From: a virus
Taxonomy: Duplodnaviria > Caudoviricetes
Strand: one strand, 5' to 3'
DNA length: 64,000 nt
IMG/VR virus record: IMGVR_UViG_3300022242_000023
Span: 22,304-86,303 of that record
Part shown: one piece after another, positions 48,128 to 58,961 of the stretch
Layout of the letters: each line of letters begins with the position of its first letter
How positions within the stretch are numbered: the stretch's first letter is position 1
Notes under the pieces: model-generated
Databases searched by the model: none
The model's input: the letters and a program-made list of their open reading frames with translations, nothing else
What the model was told of the DNA's origin: nothing
Made by a program: the position numbers and the translations under genes

Positions 48128-48493
48128 TTATAAAGTTCTTAGAGAAATTCTATAGAAACTTATGTTTAAAGTTTTATTATATAAAATATATTCTCCATCA
48201 AAATAAAATTCGCCAGTTAAGAGAGGGTCTTTAGAAATAAATCTATTGCCATACTTAACAATAACTCCTGAAGAAATTATTTCTACAACTTCGGAATGTC
48301 TTTTCATCATATAATACTTAGAACCATTTGTAAGATTAAACTGTACATCTGGTAAAGTATCAGATACTAAATATTCTCCTTTTATCTCATCGTAGTCTTT
48401 AACAGGTTCTAAACCTTTCTTTTCACATGATGTAAAGAATGTAAAGAACAATAATAAACTTGCTGGTAAAAGAGAAACTATTAAGTATTTCAT
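48128..48493 (-). CDS. Putative lipoprotein
   Basis: MKY + hydrophobic stretch + FTS-C lipobox, followed by EKK. Confidence 0.7.
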   Translation of the reverse strand: MKYLIVSLLPASLLLFFTFFTSCEKKGLEPVKDYDEIKGEYLVSDTLPDVQFNLTNGSKYYMMKRHSEVVEIISSGVIVKYGNRFISKDPLLTGEFYFDGEYILYNKTLNISFYRISLRTL

Positions 48494-48927
48494 ATTGATG
48501 TATAATCTTTCATGGTAGGATCATTTGCAGAATCTTTAATAAACTTACATAAACCTCTTGCACCTATTATATAATCATTGCCTCTGTTAGGTTTAAATTC
48601 ATATAATTTAGCATCTTTCAAATACCTGCTAATATTCCACTTGAAGAAATAATAATAACCATCAGTGTGAAGATTTAACAAGTATTTTATTTTACCAGTT
48701 TCATTGTAATATTTCCAATCAACTTTCTTTTTAGAATTCTTTTCTGGGATGTGATGCCTTGCAATAAATATTCTACCAATGTTTCCCATTCTATAAGAAT
48801 ATTTTTTTCTAATAATTATATTAGATAATTCCCAAAAGAATTCTTTCAATATAGTCAGATACTTATCACGTGGTAAATCTCCAGTATAAGTTTCATAAGC
48901 ATCAACTAATGTCCAGGATTTTTTCAT
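48490..48927 (-). CDS. IHF/HU-like small basic protein (crAss-type)
   Basis: Two N-terminal helices, GNIGRIFI beta arm, YYYFFKW and YEFKPNR; basic composition. Confidence 0.5.
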   Translation of the reverse strand: MKKSWTLVDAYETYTGDLPRDKYLTILKEFFWELSNIIIRKKYSYRMGNIGRIFIARHHIPEKNSKKKVDWKYYNETGKIKYLLNLHTDGYYYFFKWNISRYLKDAKLYEFKPNRGNDYIIGARGLCKFIKDSANDPTMKDYTSI

Positions 48928-48929
48928 AA

Positions 48930-49652
48930 TTATTTCAATGGAGTTTGTGTAGGACTTACATCATCCTGACTGTTGTTTACAATATCTTGCACTTGCTGTT
49001 GTGCTCTAAATAAACCTTGATAAGCTATATCATACATTAAAGGTATGAGATCAGAATCTAAAAGAAACTCTTTTTCCATAGGATCAAAACATGGATCTAC
49101 TTTGTCATCACATGAAGGAAACTTATATACATTAATAGGATCTTCAAATATTGCAGTGATAGTTATAAAGTCTTTATGTATGTCATTATAGACATATATA
49201 AAAGCTCCTTCACCAGTATTTTTTATTGTATAATAAGGTCTGATTCTTTCTGCTTCAAATCTTGAATTTCTTAAATCTTCAAATCTTTCCCATTGCAGGA
49301 AATCATAATTAATATTCCCCGTTATAGAAGATACAGATTGTATCTTTATAAAAGAAGGGATAGCATACTTAGTTTTTAAAAATGTGCAGCCAGATTGTGG
49401 GGCGCATGGGCATTCATGTAAATCAACTTCTCGTAGTCCAATACAAGGTATAGTTTGATAATTAAATTTAGAAAGAGAATAACCCCTTTCTCTCAATTTC
49501 TGAGAAAGAAGTCTAGCTCTAAATCTTAATAAGTGCCAATATAGATATTCTAAGGAATATAAATTTTCATCAGATATTAAATTCTTATCAGCAATTATAT
49601 GCAGGAAAGAAGATATTACTTCTCTGTTAGTATTGTTTATTATTTTTTCCAT
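48930..49652 (-). CDS. Putative tail ring protein
   Basis: 240 aa; ITITAIFEDP pattern; located in the tail module. Confidence 0.5.
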   Translation of the reverse strand: MEKIINNTNREVISSFLHIIADKNLISDENLYSLEYLYWHLLRFRARLLSQKLRERGYSLSKFNYQTIPCIGLREVDLHECPCAPQSGCTFLKTKYAIPSFIKIQSVSSITGNINYDFLQWERFEDLRNSRFEAERIRPYYTIKNTGEGAFIYVYNDIHKDFITITAIFEDPINVYKFPSCDDKVDPCFDPMEKEFLLDSDLIPLMYDIAYQGLFRAQQQVQDIVNNSQDDVSPTQTPLK

Positions 49653-49664
49653 TATTCACATAAT

Positions 49665-49698
49665 AAAAAGGTCCCATAAAAACTTTACAGGACCTTTT
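49665..49698 (-). terminator. Rho-independent terminator downstream of the metallophosphoesterase
   Basis: Minus-strand RNA GGUCCUGUAAA-GUU-UUUAUGGGACC-UUUUU, an 11-bp stem with two G-U pairs that fix the strand. Confidence 0.75.
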
Positions 49699-49719
49699 CT
49701 TTTAACAAAATTAATTATA

Positions 49720-50784
49720 TCAAGAGTATTGCTTATTATTAAAATAGAATCTATCATTATGCCACACTATAGGTTGTACATGATATCCTCCTAATTCATC
49801 AATGGTTACAATTGCAGATGCATTCTTCCAAGAAGCTTTCATTGCTTTAGTAGCATATCCAAAAGCAGGACTATCAACATCCCCTCCCCATCCTAAATTC
49901 CAAGCAGAAGTATTACCCTCACAATACATCTGTAATCTATGCGTATGAAAAAATAACATTGAAGTTCTAAATAAATCCATATTCTTTTTAGTAACATGGA
50001 TAGAACAGTTTTCACCGTGCACTACTTCTAAATGTTTTCCTAAATAAGCTACAGCAGCTTTCCAGTCTTCTTGTACTATGTACCCTCTATCTTTCAAGCG
50101 TAAAGCCACAGTAGGATTTACTAATGCATTACCATATTTAGAACTATCTATCTTGGCAACGTGTCTCCAAAAACGATCTTCATGATTACCATAAAGATAA
50201 TGTTTGATTTGCCAATCATTACATCTATCTAATAAATCTAAAGACTTATTACCTTCTTCATATTCCCATCCTAATGTTACACCTTCTAATGGTTTCTTAC
50301 CAACTTCATGAGCAGAAACAGAATTCATATCCATATAATCCCCTGCTAAAACTAATCCAGTAGGTTTTATTTCTGAGTATAAATTCAATAATGCATTAAA
50401 GAACTTTGTATTATGAAAAGGTACATGGGTACATCCCATAATAGCATATGTTCCAGGTGTAAAATCTCTATGAGATTGTTTGTCTGCTTTCCATGCTAAG
50501 AACTCTTGGAACTCTCTAGTCTCTACAATATTCTTTTGAGGCTTATAATAATTCTCAGATTCATCTTCTTCAACTATTTCCTCTTCAGTATTTGTATTTT
50601 CTAGTTCATCTTTTATACAATTAGGTTCCCAAAGACCTTCTATTGAACCTGTTTTTATAAACCATCTCCAATAATCATTAGCTTGCTTATCATTCTTAAA
50701 ACCATATTCTTCAGCATATTCTGCCCAAGATTTTGTTCTACCGTTGTAGAAAATTTCTTTAATTAATTCTGATCTCTTTGACAT
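49720..50784 (-). CDS. Calcineurin-like metallophosphoesterase with N-terminal HTH-like segment
   Basis: GCTHVPF, GDYMD, GNHE, HGE and HTH motifs. Confidence 0.85.
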   Translation of the reverse strand: MSKRSELIKEIFYNGRTKSWAEYAEEYGFKNDKQANDYWRWFIKTGSIEGLWEPNCIKDELENTNTEEEIVEEDESENYYKPQKNIVETREFQEFLAWKADKQSHRDFTPGTYAIMGCTHVPFHNTKFFNALLNLYSEIKPTGLVLAGDYMDMNSVSAHEVGKKPLEGVTLGWEYEEGNKSLDLLDRCNDWQIKHYLYGNHEDRFWRHVAKIDSSKYGNALVNPTVALRLKDRGYIVQEDWKAAVAYLGKHLEVVHGENCSIHVTKKNMDLFRTSMLFFHTHRLQMYCEGNTSAWNLGWGGDVDSPAFGYATKAMKASWKNASAIVTIDELGGYHVQPIVWHNDRFYFNNKQYS

Positions 50785-50789
50785 AAAAG

Positions 50790-50837
50790 TTTAATTTTGT
50801 TGGTACAAAATTAAACAATAATATGTTACTAAACAAG
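50790..50837 (-). promoter_or_regulatory. Bacteroidota-type promoter overlapped by an 11-bp perfect inverted repeat
   Basis: Minus strand CTTG-N20-TAATTTTG (50837-50806); palindrome TTTAATTTTGT-tggt-ACAAAATTAAA at 50790-50815. Confidence 0.6.
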
Positions 50838-50850
50838 CAATTAATTAAAT

Positions 50851-52533
50851 TTATGGTTTAGTATACGTTTTAATAAAGGTACAAACTTTACCACTATTAG
50901 TCTTAAATTCCACTTGATAACTTTCAGCACTACCTACATCTCCTACATTCAAGTTAGCAGGTGCATTAACATAAGTACCATTTATTCTCCTATATTGTAT
51001 AGCAAATGAAGCATTATTTTTAACAGCTTCAAACTTTACACTATCTCCAGAATAAGTAGGCGTAATTGTTAATTCACTCTCTATTGTAGAACAAGGATCA
51101 CCAGTAGTACAAGTACAGTTATTAAATACCCAAGATTTAGCTTGAAGAATTATATTGGATAATTCACTATAAACAGAAGCTTTAAAATCTGGGGAAGTTT
51201 TAGTTCCACACTTTACCCTAATTACATACTTACAACTTCCACTTCCAGTAAGGTTTGTAGATTTTGTAATAGTATAAGTATTAGGAATAGTCAAGTTTGT
51301 AAACTGTGCAGCAATTTCTACTCCAGCATCAGAACAAGAATTCTCTTGGTTATATAAAATAATTACATCACATGTTCCAGCAGATATAGGATCAATAGTA
51401 GAAGTTTTACCGCAAGCAGCTTGGCATTCTTCCATTGTACCATAAAATGCTCCAGAGCATGCTTCTGTAATTAGTTTGTAAGTACATCCAGTTCCTGAAC
51501 AACAGTATCCATAAACTTTTTCAAGTTCTTCAGTGCTAGAACCTGTGGAACTACCCCCAGAAGAAGACCCCCCTGCCCCTGAAGAAGTACCTCCAGAACT
51601 TCCATTAGAAGGGGCAGAGAAGTTTGATAATTGATTACTTAGTTGCTGTACACTATTGCTAGTGGAGCTAACTTTATTCTCTACAGATGCAACAGTAGAA
51701 CTTAATTTAGAAAGGTCAGATACAATAGGATGTACTTTCCCTTGTGCAATATTTTCTGCTGTTGGAGCAACTGTTAACTTGTTTATTTCTTCTTTTAAAG
51801 ATACGACCTCTGCATATAACTTATTGAAAGCTGACACTATGTCAGTACCTGGAGGTACATTTATAGAACCAGACACATTGACATTAGTAAGTTTATTAAC
51901 TTTATTTTTTAAAGATAAAATACTATTGTCAAATATGTTATTTACTTCAGTCTGTGTTTTTGGAGAATTATTACCTACTTTCCTTACTAGAAAAGTATCT
52001 GTAATATCACTACCCTCTGGAATTAAAGGAACAGATATTTTATATATATGCTCACCTTGTGTAGTTAAGACTATAAATTCTGCAAATAGAGTAGCTGGAA
52101 AATTATTTGGAAGAAGAGTAAATCCTCCATTTAATTCTTCACTAGAAACTATCATTGATTTATAACCATTATTAACTCCTTCCACATAAACTTTAGAAAC
52201 TAAAACGTTTTCTTTAGGAAGATTTTTAGTAGCATATGTAACTAATACATTGCTACTACCAGGTTTGGTAATGACATTAATGCTAACATCAGATGCTTCC
52301 AAGTCTAATAAACTAACAGATTTAATACTGTTAGTATTTAAAGTAGTATCCGTATTATTTACAGCATTAGCAACAGGTTTGCTACTATTTTTAATAGCAG
52401 AAACTTCTGTTATTAATTTGTCTAATACAGTAGACAAAGAAGTATCTTTTTGAATATTCAAGTCAGAGTTACTCTGACCAGTATATTTTACATACTGGTC
52501 AGAATATTTTTCTCCAAATAAACGGGTATCCAT
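50851..52533 (-). CDS. Putative virion fibre/decoration protein
   Basis: 560 aa; coiled-coil middle, Ser/Gly linker, Cys-containing C-terminal domain. Confidence 0.45.
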   Translation of the reverse strand: MDTRLFGEKYSDQYVKYTGQSNSDLNIQKDTSLSTVLDKLITEVSAIKNSSKPVANAVNNTDTTLNTNSIKSVSLLDLEASDVSINVITKPGSSNVLVTYATKNLPKENVLVSKVYVEGVNNGYKSMIVSSEELNGGFTLLPNNFPATLFAEFIVLTTQGEHIYKISVPLIPEGSDITDTFLVRKVGNNSPKTQTEVNNIFDNSILSLKNKVNKLTNVNVSGSINVPPGTDIVSAFNKLYAEVVSLKEEINKLTVAPTAENIAQGKVHPIVSDLSKLSSTVASVENKVSSTSNSVQQLSNQLSNFSAPSNGSSGGTSSGAGGSSSGGSSTGSSTEELEKVYGYCCSGTGCTYKLITEACSGAFYGTMEECQAACGKTSTIDPISAGTCDVIILYNQENSCSDAGVEIAAQFTNLTIPNTYTITKSTNLTGSGSCKYVIRVKCGTKTSPDFKASVYSELSNIILQAKSWVFNNCTCTTGDPCSTIESELTITPTYSGDSVKFEAVKNNASFAIQYRRINGTYVNAPANLNVGDVGSAESYQVEFKTNSGKVCTFIKTYTKP

Positions 52534-52538
52534 GTTTA

Positions 52539-55500
52539 TTAAATCGTAAAGTTAAGTAATGTTTTGAAACATTTATCTTGGCAAGCTGGATCTGCAGGAT
52601 TACTAAATACAGCCATGAAACACATTGTTCCATCTGGATCTGTATCTATAGTATCTATACATGCAATTCCTCCACTAGCTGCAATAGAGCCTGATCCTAC
52701 TGAAGTATAACCAGTGGTATTACAATTTATACCATCAGGACAAGCAGAAACTATTGTACTAGCTTTTCTCCAAACTTCGTAATCTAATGGAATAGCAGAG
52801 TTATTTATTAATTTAACTTTTGCATAACCAGTATTAGGATCTCCAGCACAATCAATTTCACCTCTATGGTAAGCTTCTACATCAGTAATACATTCTACTG
52901 CACTACAATCTGGGGAGTTTAATGTGATACAAGTTGTTTCACAAATTCCAGAAGTGATTACTACAGAGTATTGATCACCAGGTGATTGTTGATTTACAGC
53001 AGGGATTGGAATTTCAACAGCTCCAGAACCTATTGCAGCATCAATAAATAACAATCCAGTTCCATCACAATCTCCTCCTTCATATACTTTAAGATTGTAT
53101 ACTCCAGGATATTGACCACCTGTTACAGAGTTTATTACTAATTTATGAGAAGTACCATTACATACAATACCTTGAGTATCAAGATTGATAGGCACAAGAC
53201 AAGTACATGCAACATTCACTTCTACAAAATCTGTACAACCTCTAGCATCAGTAACTTCAAATTTCCACAATCCATCTGGTAAATCACTTACTTCATATTC
53301 ATCATTTAAAGCAACTGTAGTACCATATAAAATATGTCCACTTGAACTATCTCCTAATGCTGCAAAGTTTTCAGTAGAAACAATAACACCATTTCTATAT
53401 GACTTTACACTATATGGAGAATTAGCATTATTAATCCAAAGTTTAGTTTGAACATTTGGAGCACAATCAGAATTGTTAGAAGGGTATGGTCTTGAAGCGT
53501 TGATATCTGCAGGATTTAATGAACAAGCTAAACCTTTTTGTAAAACAATAGTAGTAGTTCCTGTACAACCATTAGCATCTGTTGCCTTGATAGTATAAGT
53601 TCCATCTGATAAATCATTAACATTAAATACTAAAGGATATGTAGCAACTCCAGTTTGTTCTCTAACGGTAACATTTGACGGATTTATTAATTCTACATCA
53701 TAAGGAGAAAGTCCATTTCCTAAGATAGCAGTAACGTTAACTTTTTCTGTACCTATAGTACTGTCATAAGTAGCTGCAATAGAAATTGTAACTGCAGGAC
53801 AATTATCAACTTCCATGTTTACAGGACCTGCTGTACATCCATAATTGTCTACAGATTTTACAGCATAGATTCCATTTGCTAAAGGATTGTTAAATACTTC
53901 AGAAGATGTTCCTGTATGAACTAAAACATCATCCACATAATATTTGTAAACATTTCCACTAGCTCCTGGTAATACACTAACTGTAATATTTTCTGTAGTA
54001 GGATTAAAGATAGGGTTAATCAAATCTGTACCACCACTAGTACAACAGTTAATAGTAACTGGAGTTTCATTTACACAAGAAGAACAAGTTGTTTTCACTA
54101 CATATAAAGTATTAGGGATCATTCCAGCAATTGTAGCAATTCCATTTACATTAGTAGTAGTTGTAGCTATTGGACTTCCAGATACTTCTGATAAGTATAG
54201 TTCTACAGTACATCCTGCAATTGGAGCATCACCTCCTGTAGCAACACTCATAATAAGAGTATCACAGTCGTAAGTTACTTCTACAGGTATTCCAGGAGTA
54301 AGTGTTCTTGAATATTTACAATTAGGATCTTGAGAACTTTCCAAAGTAACCTTAGTTAATGGAGTACTAGATGTAAAAGTGTAACCAATAACTTCAGAAC
54401 CTAGATTATATTTAAATTCTCTGTTATCTACAACACCACTTGCATCATAAAGTTTCAATATCCATTTAACTTGAGAACTTACTGGACATTTTGTACAAGA
54501 AGGATTTAACAAACCATTTAAAGGGCAGTTGTTAAAAATATCTGTCAATGTAAATTTAGTTCCACAATTTGTAATTGTATAATCAAACTTATCCATATTG
54601 TAATCTCCAGTTAATTCTGTAGGACAAACTAAAGCTTGTAATGGTAAAGTGTCAGATACACAACCACAATCTGTTTTAGCACTATAGTAATATCCAGAAC
54701 AGAAACCTTCTGTACAATCTGAAATATAATTAAACCAAGTTGTACCTCCATCATTAGCATAAACTTCATGTACCTTTTCAGAAACATTATTTATACTAGT
54801 TCCTCTATACCATGTAAATAATGGAGCTCTACAATCTTTAGATTTAATAAATCCAGATTCATTTAATCCTACATTTAATTTATCATATTGTTTAAATGTA
54901 AGAGTATTGTTATTAGCTCTGTAAGTACACTGGTTAGGTAATTCAATATTTGTTTTCTGAGTAAAGTGGAAAGAATAACTTAACACTTTAGGATCATATC
55001 CTTTACTTGGTAAAGTAAATGTAAAAGTTAATTTATTGGTTGCACCATTAAAAGAACCTGTACTTGAAGTAGATCCTGAATATTGAACACCATCTATAAT
55101 ATAATAGTATTTAGCCTCACCTTTGATTGTTCCAAATAAAGGAAAATCAATAGCATCAAGAGGTAAACCACCTTTATATAATGTAGCAGTAAAAACATAA
55201 TCTTTAGCTGGTACTTGTAAGATAGTAGAAGTAGTAGTTCTGATTTCAGTAAGTTCAGTTTTAACTTCTAACTCTGCACAATTACAACATTGAGCTTTGG
55301 ACAATGATGCTTTTAATGTACACTCTTCTTTAGTAAGAGCAAATGTTTGAGAACAAGTTTTTTCTAAACCTTCACATTTACCACCTACACAATTACAGTC
55401 TTCAGAATTAAAACATTCATTACAAGCAAATGAACTACAAGAAACGCAATTACCTTCATAACAAGTACATCCAGGACCACAATCTGCAGATGAAGTACAT

Positions 55501-56756
55501 ACTCCATTACATTTAGGAACTGCTACGCACTTATCATTAGTACACTTGCAACCCAAAGTAGAAGCACATTCATCACATGAAAGTTTATCACAAGATACAC
55601 AATTACCATCTTTACATCCACAACCCTGACCACAATCAGAACCATTTTCACAAGGACCTGAACAAGGATCTCCTTGACAAGTACTTCCATAACATTTACA
55701 ACCATCTACATTTGCGCAATCTTCATTAGCACAATTAAGAGAATCACAAGGTATACAAGTATTATCTTTGCATCCACAATTAGGTCCACAATCTGCTCCA
55801 GATAAGCAAGGTTTATTACAAGGGTTAGGAACACAATTTCCACCATTGCAATAGCAACCTTCTCCACATTGGGAACTGTCACTACAAGTTCCTTCACATT
55901 TAGAACATATACAAGTTGTAGAATTATATCTTACACAAGAAGATGTCCTATCACATGTAGGATTATTACAATCACAAATCTCTACACACTTATCATTGAT
56001 ACAAATAGTTCCATCAGGACATACTCTAGGTTGGCAACCTCCTGCAACACATATATCACAAGTGTTACAATCAGTATCTAAAATACAATCAGGTTTAGGA
56101 ACACAAGTGTTCAATGCAATGTTATAAATATAACCTTCACAACAATCACAAGTAACACCTTTGCAACAATTTCTACCATCACTTCTACCTTGGCAATGAC
56201 CAGAATTTAAACATTCTACGCAATCTCCAGTAGCAGGATCACAAGATGCATCACATGCTTTTCCTACACAAGTACCTTGTAAACATACTTCACATTTACC
56301 ACATTGTGCACCAGAAAGACATTCAACGCATTCACCTCTTTCATTTATAAAGTTTTTACCAGCTGGACATTGACATGTACCATCTTTACAAACTTTACCT
56401 AAAATACAATCAGTGTTATAAATACATTCTACACAATCTCCGTTATTACAAAGACCATCACATATTTTAACACAAACACCATTCTCACACTTCTCACATT
56501 GATCACAATCTGCAGAAGTATCACAAGGGCAGATGGTGAAAGGTTTAGGAGGACACTTTCCACAATCCTCACAAATAATTTCACCAGTTACGCATCCATT
56601 AACACCATCAGGAATAGTGATAGTTATACAACCATCTCCATTCTCTGGACAGGGAACAGCTTGTCCTTCCCCAGTTATAAAAATCACTTTAGGATTTTTA
56701 CAGGAAGTAGAACCATCCATTGGATTTTTTACACAATAAACATACTCTTTAATCAT
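52539..56756 (-). CDS. Cys-rich (EGF/EB-like repeat) virion surface protein
   Basis: N-terminal third made of C-x2-3-C-x5-C-GxGCxCxxGxC repeats; C-terminal T/V/G-rich beta-sandwich-like repeats. Confidence 0.65.
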   Translation of the reverse strand: MIKEYVYCVKNPMDGSTSCKNPKVIFITGEGQAVPCPENGDGCITITIPDGVNGCVTGEIICEDCGKCPPKPFTICPCDTSADCDQCEKCENGVCVKICDGLCNNGDCVECIYNTDCILGKVCKDGTCQCPAGKNFINERGECVECLSGAQCGKCEVCLQGTCVGKACDASCDPATGDCVECLNSGHCQGRSDGRNCCKGVTCDCCEGYIYNIALNTCVPKPDCILDTDCNTCDICVAGGCQPRVCPDGTICINDKCVEICDCNNPTCDRTSSCVRYNSTTCICSKCEGTCSDSSQCGEGCYCNGGNCVPNPCNKPCLSGADCGPNCGCKDNTCIPCDSLNCANEDCANVDGCKCYGSTCQGDPCSGPCENGSDCGQGCGCKDGNCVSCDKLSCDECASTLGCKCTNDKCVAVPKCNGVCTSSADCGPGCTCYEGNCVSCSSFACNECFNSEDCNCVGGKCEGLEKTCSQTFALTKEECTLKASLSKAQCCNCAELEVKTELTEIRTTTSTILQVPAKDYVFTATLYKGGLPLDAIDFPLFGTIKGEAKYYYIIDGVQYSGSTSSTGSFNGATNKLTFTFTLPSKGYDPKVLSYSFHFTQKTNIELPNQCTYRANNNTLTFKQYDKLNVGLNESGFIKSKDCRAPLFTWYRGTSINNVSEKVHEVYANDGGTTWFNYISDCTEGFCSGYYYSAKTDCGCVSDTLPLQALVCPTELTGDYNMDKFDYTITNCGTKFTLTDIFNNCPLNGLLNPSCTKCPVSSQVKWILKLYDASGVVDNREFKYNLGSEVIGYTFTSSTPLTKVTLESSQDPNCKYSRTLTPGIPVEVTYDCDTLIMSVATGGDAPIAGCTVELYLSEVSGSPIATTTTNVNGIATIAGMIPNTLYVVKTTCSSCVNETPVTINCCTSGGTDLINPIFNPTTENITVSVLPGASGNVYKYYVDDVLVHTGTSSEVFNNPLANGIYAVKSVDNYGCTAGPVNMEVDNCPAVTISIAATYDSTIGTEKVNVTAILGNGLSPYDVELINPSNVTVREQTGVATYPLVFNVNDLSDGTYTIKATDANGCTGTTTIVLQKGLACSLNPADINASRPYPSNNSDCAPNVQTKLWINNANSPYSVKSYRNGVIVSTENFAALGDSSSGHILYGTTVALNDEYEVSDLPDGLWKFEVTDARGCTDFVEVNVACTCLVPINLDTQGIVCNGTSHKLVINSVTGGQYPGVYNLKVYEGGDCDGTGLLFIDAAIGSGAVEIPIPAVNQQSPGDQYSVVITSGICETTCITLNSPDCSAVECITDVEAYHRGEIDCAGDPNTGYAKVKLINNSAIPLDYEVWRKASTIVSACPDGINCNTTGYTSVGSGSIAASGGIACIDTIDTDPDGTMCFMAVFSNPADPACQDKCFKTLLNFTI

Positions 56757-56766
56757 CTTTTTTAAT

Positions 56767-57600
56767 TTAATACTCTCTTATAAATTTTTGAACATTTGGT
56801 TTATCAATTAGGAATTCACAACTAACATCATATAATATATTTTTAAATTTGAAATCGCATAAATTATGTGAACTATTCTTGCTTTTTATTATTGGACAAT
56901 TTCCATCTATGTCAAATTTCAAACCGCAAGAATATGCTTCAGCAATAAGATTATGTTTCACATTACATTTATTTACTAACTTGTTATATAGTTTATAATT
57001 TAAATCACATGAAGGAATATCTTTCACAAGTTTGTCAAATTGTAATTTACATTCTTTACTAGAAACAACATTCTTCTCAAATTTTACTTCACATTGTTTT
57101 GAATATACAGAAAGTCCAGCAATTAAATCACAACTAATATTTTTACTATATATATCAAAAACAAAATCACAACCTTTTTTAATTTCAATTTCTAAAGAAA
57201 GATCTCCACAAACTTTATAAACCATTTCTTCCCATCTCTCTCTTGAAATGCAATATGGATTTTCAGTATTCCAAGATTGTTGATTAGATTTATCTATTAT
57301 TAAATCTTTTCTATCTAAGTAATTACAATCTACAATTCTAGTTAAATCTTCTTTAATAAAATTTATATCAGATAAACATAAACAGTTTGTAAACTTATTA
57401 CTATTTTCTAATACCCATTTCTGTAAAGAGATTTTGCTTATTAAAAAATCTGGATCATTTTTACAAACAAAACCATATTTTAATTCATTTATTTTACAAT
57501 TACTTAATTCAGTAATTTTTAATTTAGCTTTATAAATTAAATCTCTAACATCAATGTTAGTACATATATCTTTACAACATTTATTGCAACATTCTCTCAT
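56767..57600 (-). CDS. Hypothetical Cys/Lys-rich structural-region protein
   Basis: 277-aa ORF in the fibre cluster. Confidence 0.55.
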   Translation of the reverse strand: MRECCNKCCKDICTNIDVRDLIYKAKLKITELSNCKINELKYGFVCKNDPDFLISKISLQKWVLENSNKFTNCLCLSDINFIKEDLTRIVDCNYLDRKDLIIDKSNQQSWNTENPYCISRERWEEMVYKVCGDLSLEIEIKKGCDFVFDIYSKNISCDLIAGLSVYSKQCEVKFEKNVVSSKECKLQFDKLVKDIPSCDLNYKLYNKLVNKCNVKHNLIAEAYSCGLKFDIDGNCPIIKSKNSSHNLCDFKFKNILYDVSCEFLIDKPNVQKFIREY

Positions 57601-57602
57601 CG

Positions 57603-58961
57603 TTATTTATTTACAATAGTATCTGTCACATCTACAGCATAATTGCCATTTATGTAGCCATTATTAATGTTGTATGTTATATTACAAGAATCTGGAGTGG
57701 AACTATTGTTAAATATATCGCCATTATTTATATTATAACTTATATACCCAAGATTAGCATTTCCGTTAATAATCCCATTGTTATTATTATATGTTATATA
57801 TCCATCTCCAGGTGTACCATTTCCGTTAGTATTTGCGGATATGGTGCCAGAATTACCGTTAAAATTTATGAATCCGTTATTATTATTATTGTCTATAGAG
57901 CCTTTATTACTGTTAAAGGTTATGCTAGTGACTCCAAGAGATGTATTTGAATCATACATGTTTGCTAATATAGAGCCTTTATTACTATTGTTAGTTATAG
58001 AACCGCCAAGAACATTAAGCCCTATATCTCCTTCGCACGTATTGTATTCTATTACACCTCCTATGCAATTTTCATATATTGCTCCATTTATTAAATGGTT
58101 CCATACAATAGACGCATGATCTTCAATAGACCCGTTAGTAGGGTTATTCCAAACCCCTATACAAAAGTTATCGCTAAAATAATGAGCACCCCCAATAAAC
58201 CCCCAATTCCAATCTGAAATATCAACAGGATTGAAATTAAATGGCTTATCATTATCAAATTCTATTCCAAATTTATTGTTCTTCTCATCCCACTGTGATG
58301 ATATCCAATCATTCTCAAAATCATAATAAACACCAAATAATTTTGGAACATACTCATGATTTGTAAAAGTGGCTTTGGGTATAACTTCCCATTCGGCAGA
58401 TAAGGTAATATCATCTACTTTAAATCCTATATTATTTTCAGCAATACAAAATCCACCAACACACTCAAATCCAGGTCCACATGGGTTTTCTATGTCGCAA
58501 ACACTGCCATCAACGGGATACGCAACTCTTCTCCATACCAAACCACCCCATATCACTAAATCACCTTCGTTTATTATAGTAGAGTTTTGTGTAAAATACT
58601 CTGCATTATAAACACCTAACCAAGTATTTCCAAAAGAATCTGGAAAACCAGGCGTGGTAAGGCTATTATATCCTAATTCATTATGCCCTGCTGGCATTAG
58701 CATCTTTCTTACACCTTCAGGGTTTAACTCTGTATTAGAAATTGCTTCAAACCATAATCCTAAATCACCTCTATCTGTTATTTTATATGTTGCTCCTTTT
58801 ATTAATTCACCATTAGTAGCTAATAGTTCAATTTCAGTTCTTGTTACTTCATAGTAACAACAACCATTCTCTACGCTACCATTAGCGCAACAACATTTTC
58901 TGTTTAACTTCTTAAGTAATGTCTGTTGATCTTTGAGATCAGATAATGTTATTAATCCCAT
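57603..58961 (-). CDS. Putative fibre protein with Asn/Gly-rich beta-helix-like repeats
   Basis: C-terminal GxIxxNxNx repeats; single Cys knot VCDIENPCGPGFECVGGFC. Confidence 0.55.
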   Translation of the reverse strand: MGLITLSDLKDQQTLLKKLNRKCCCANGSVENGCCYYEVTRTEIELLATNGELIKGATYKITDRGDLGLWFEAISNTELNPEGVRKMLMPAGHNELGYNSLTTPGFPDSFGNTWLGVYNAEYFTQNSTIINEGDLVIWGGLVWRRVAYPVDGSVCDIENPCGPGFECVGGFCIAENNIGFKVDDITLSAEWEVIPKATFTNHEYVPKLFGVYYDFENDWISSQWDEKNNKFGIEFDNDKPFNFNPVDISDWNWGFIGGAHYFSDNFCIGVWNNPTNGSIEDHASIVWNHLINGAIYENCIGGVIEYNTCEGDIGLNVLGGSITNNSNKGSILANMYDSNTSLGVTSITFNSNKGSIDNNNNNGFINFNGNSGTISANTNGNGTPGDGYITYNNNNGIINGNANLGYISYNINNGDIFNNSSTPDSCNITYNINNGYINGNYAVDVTDTIVNK

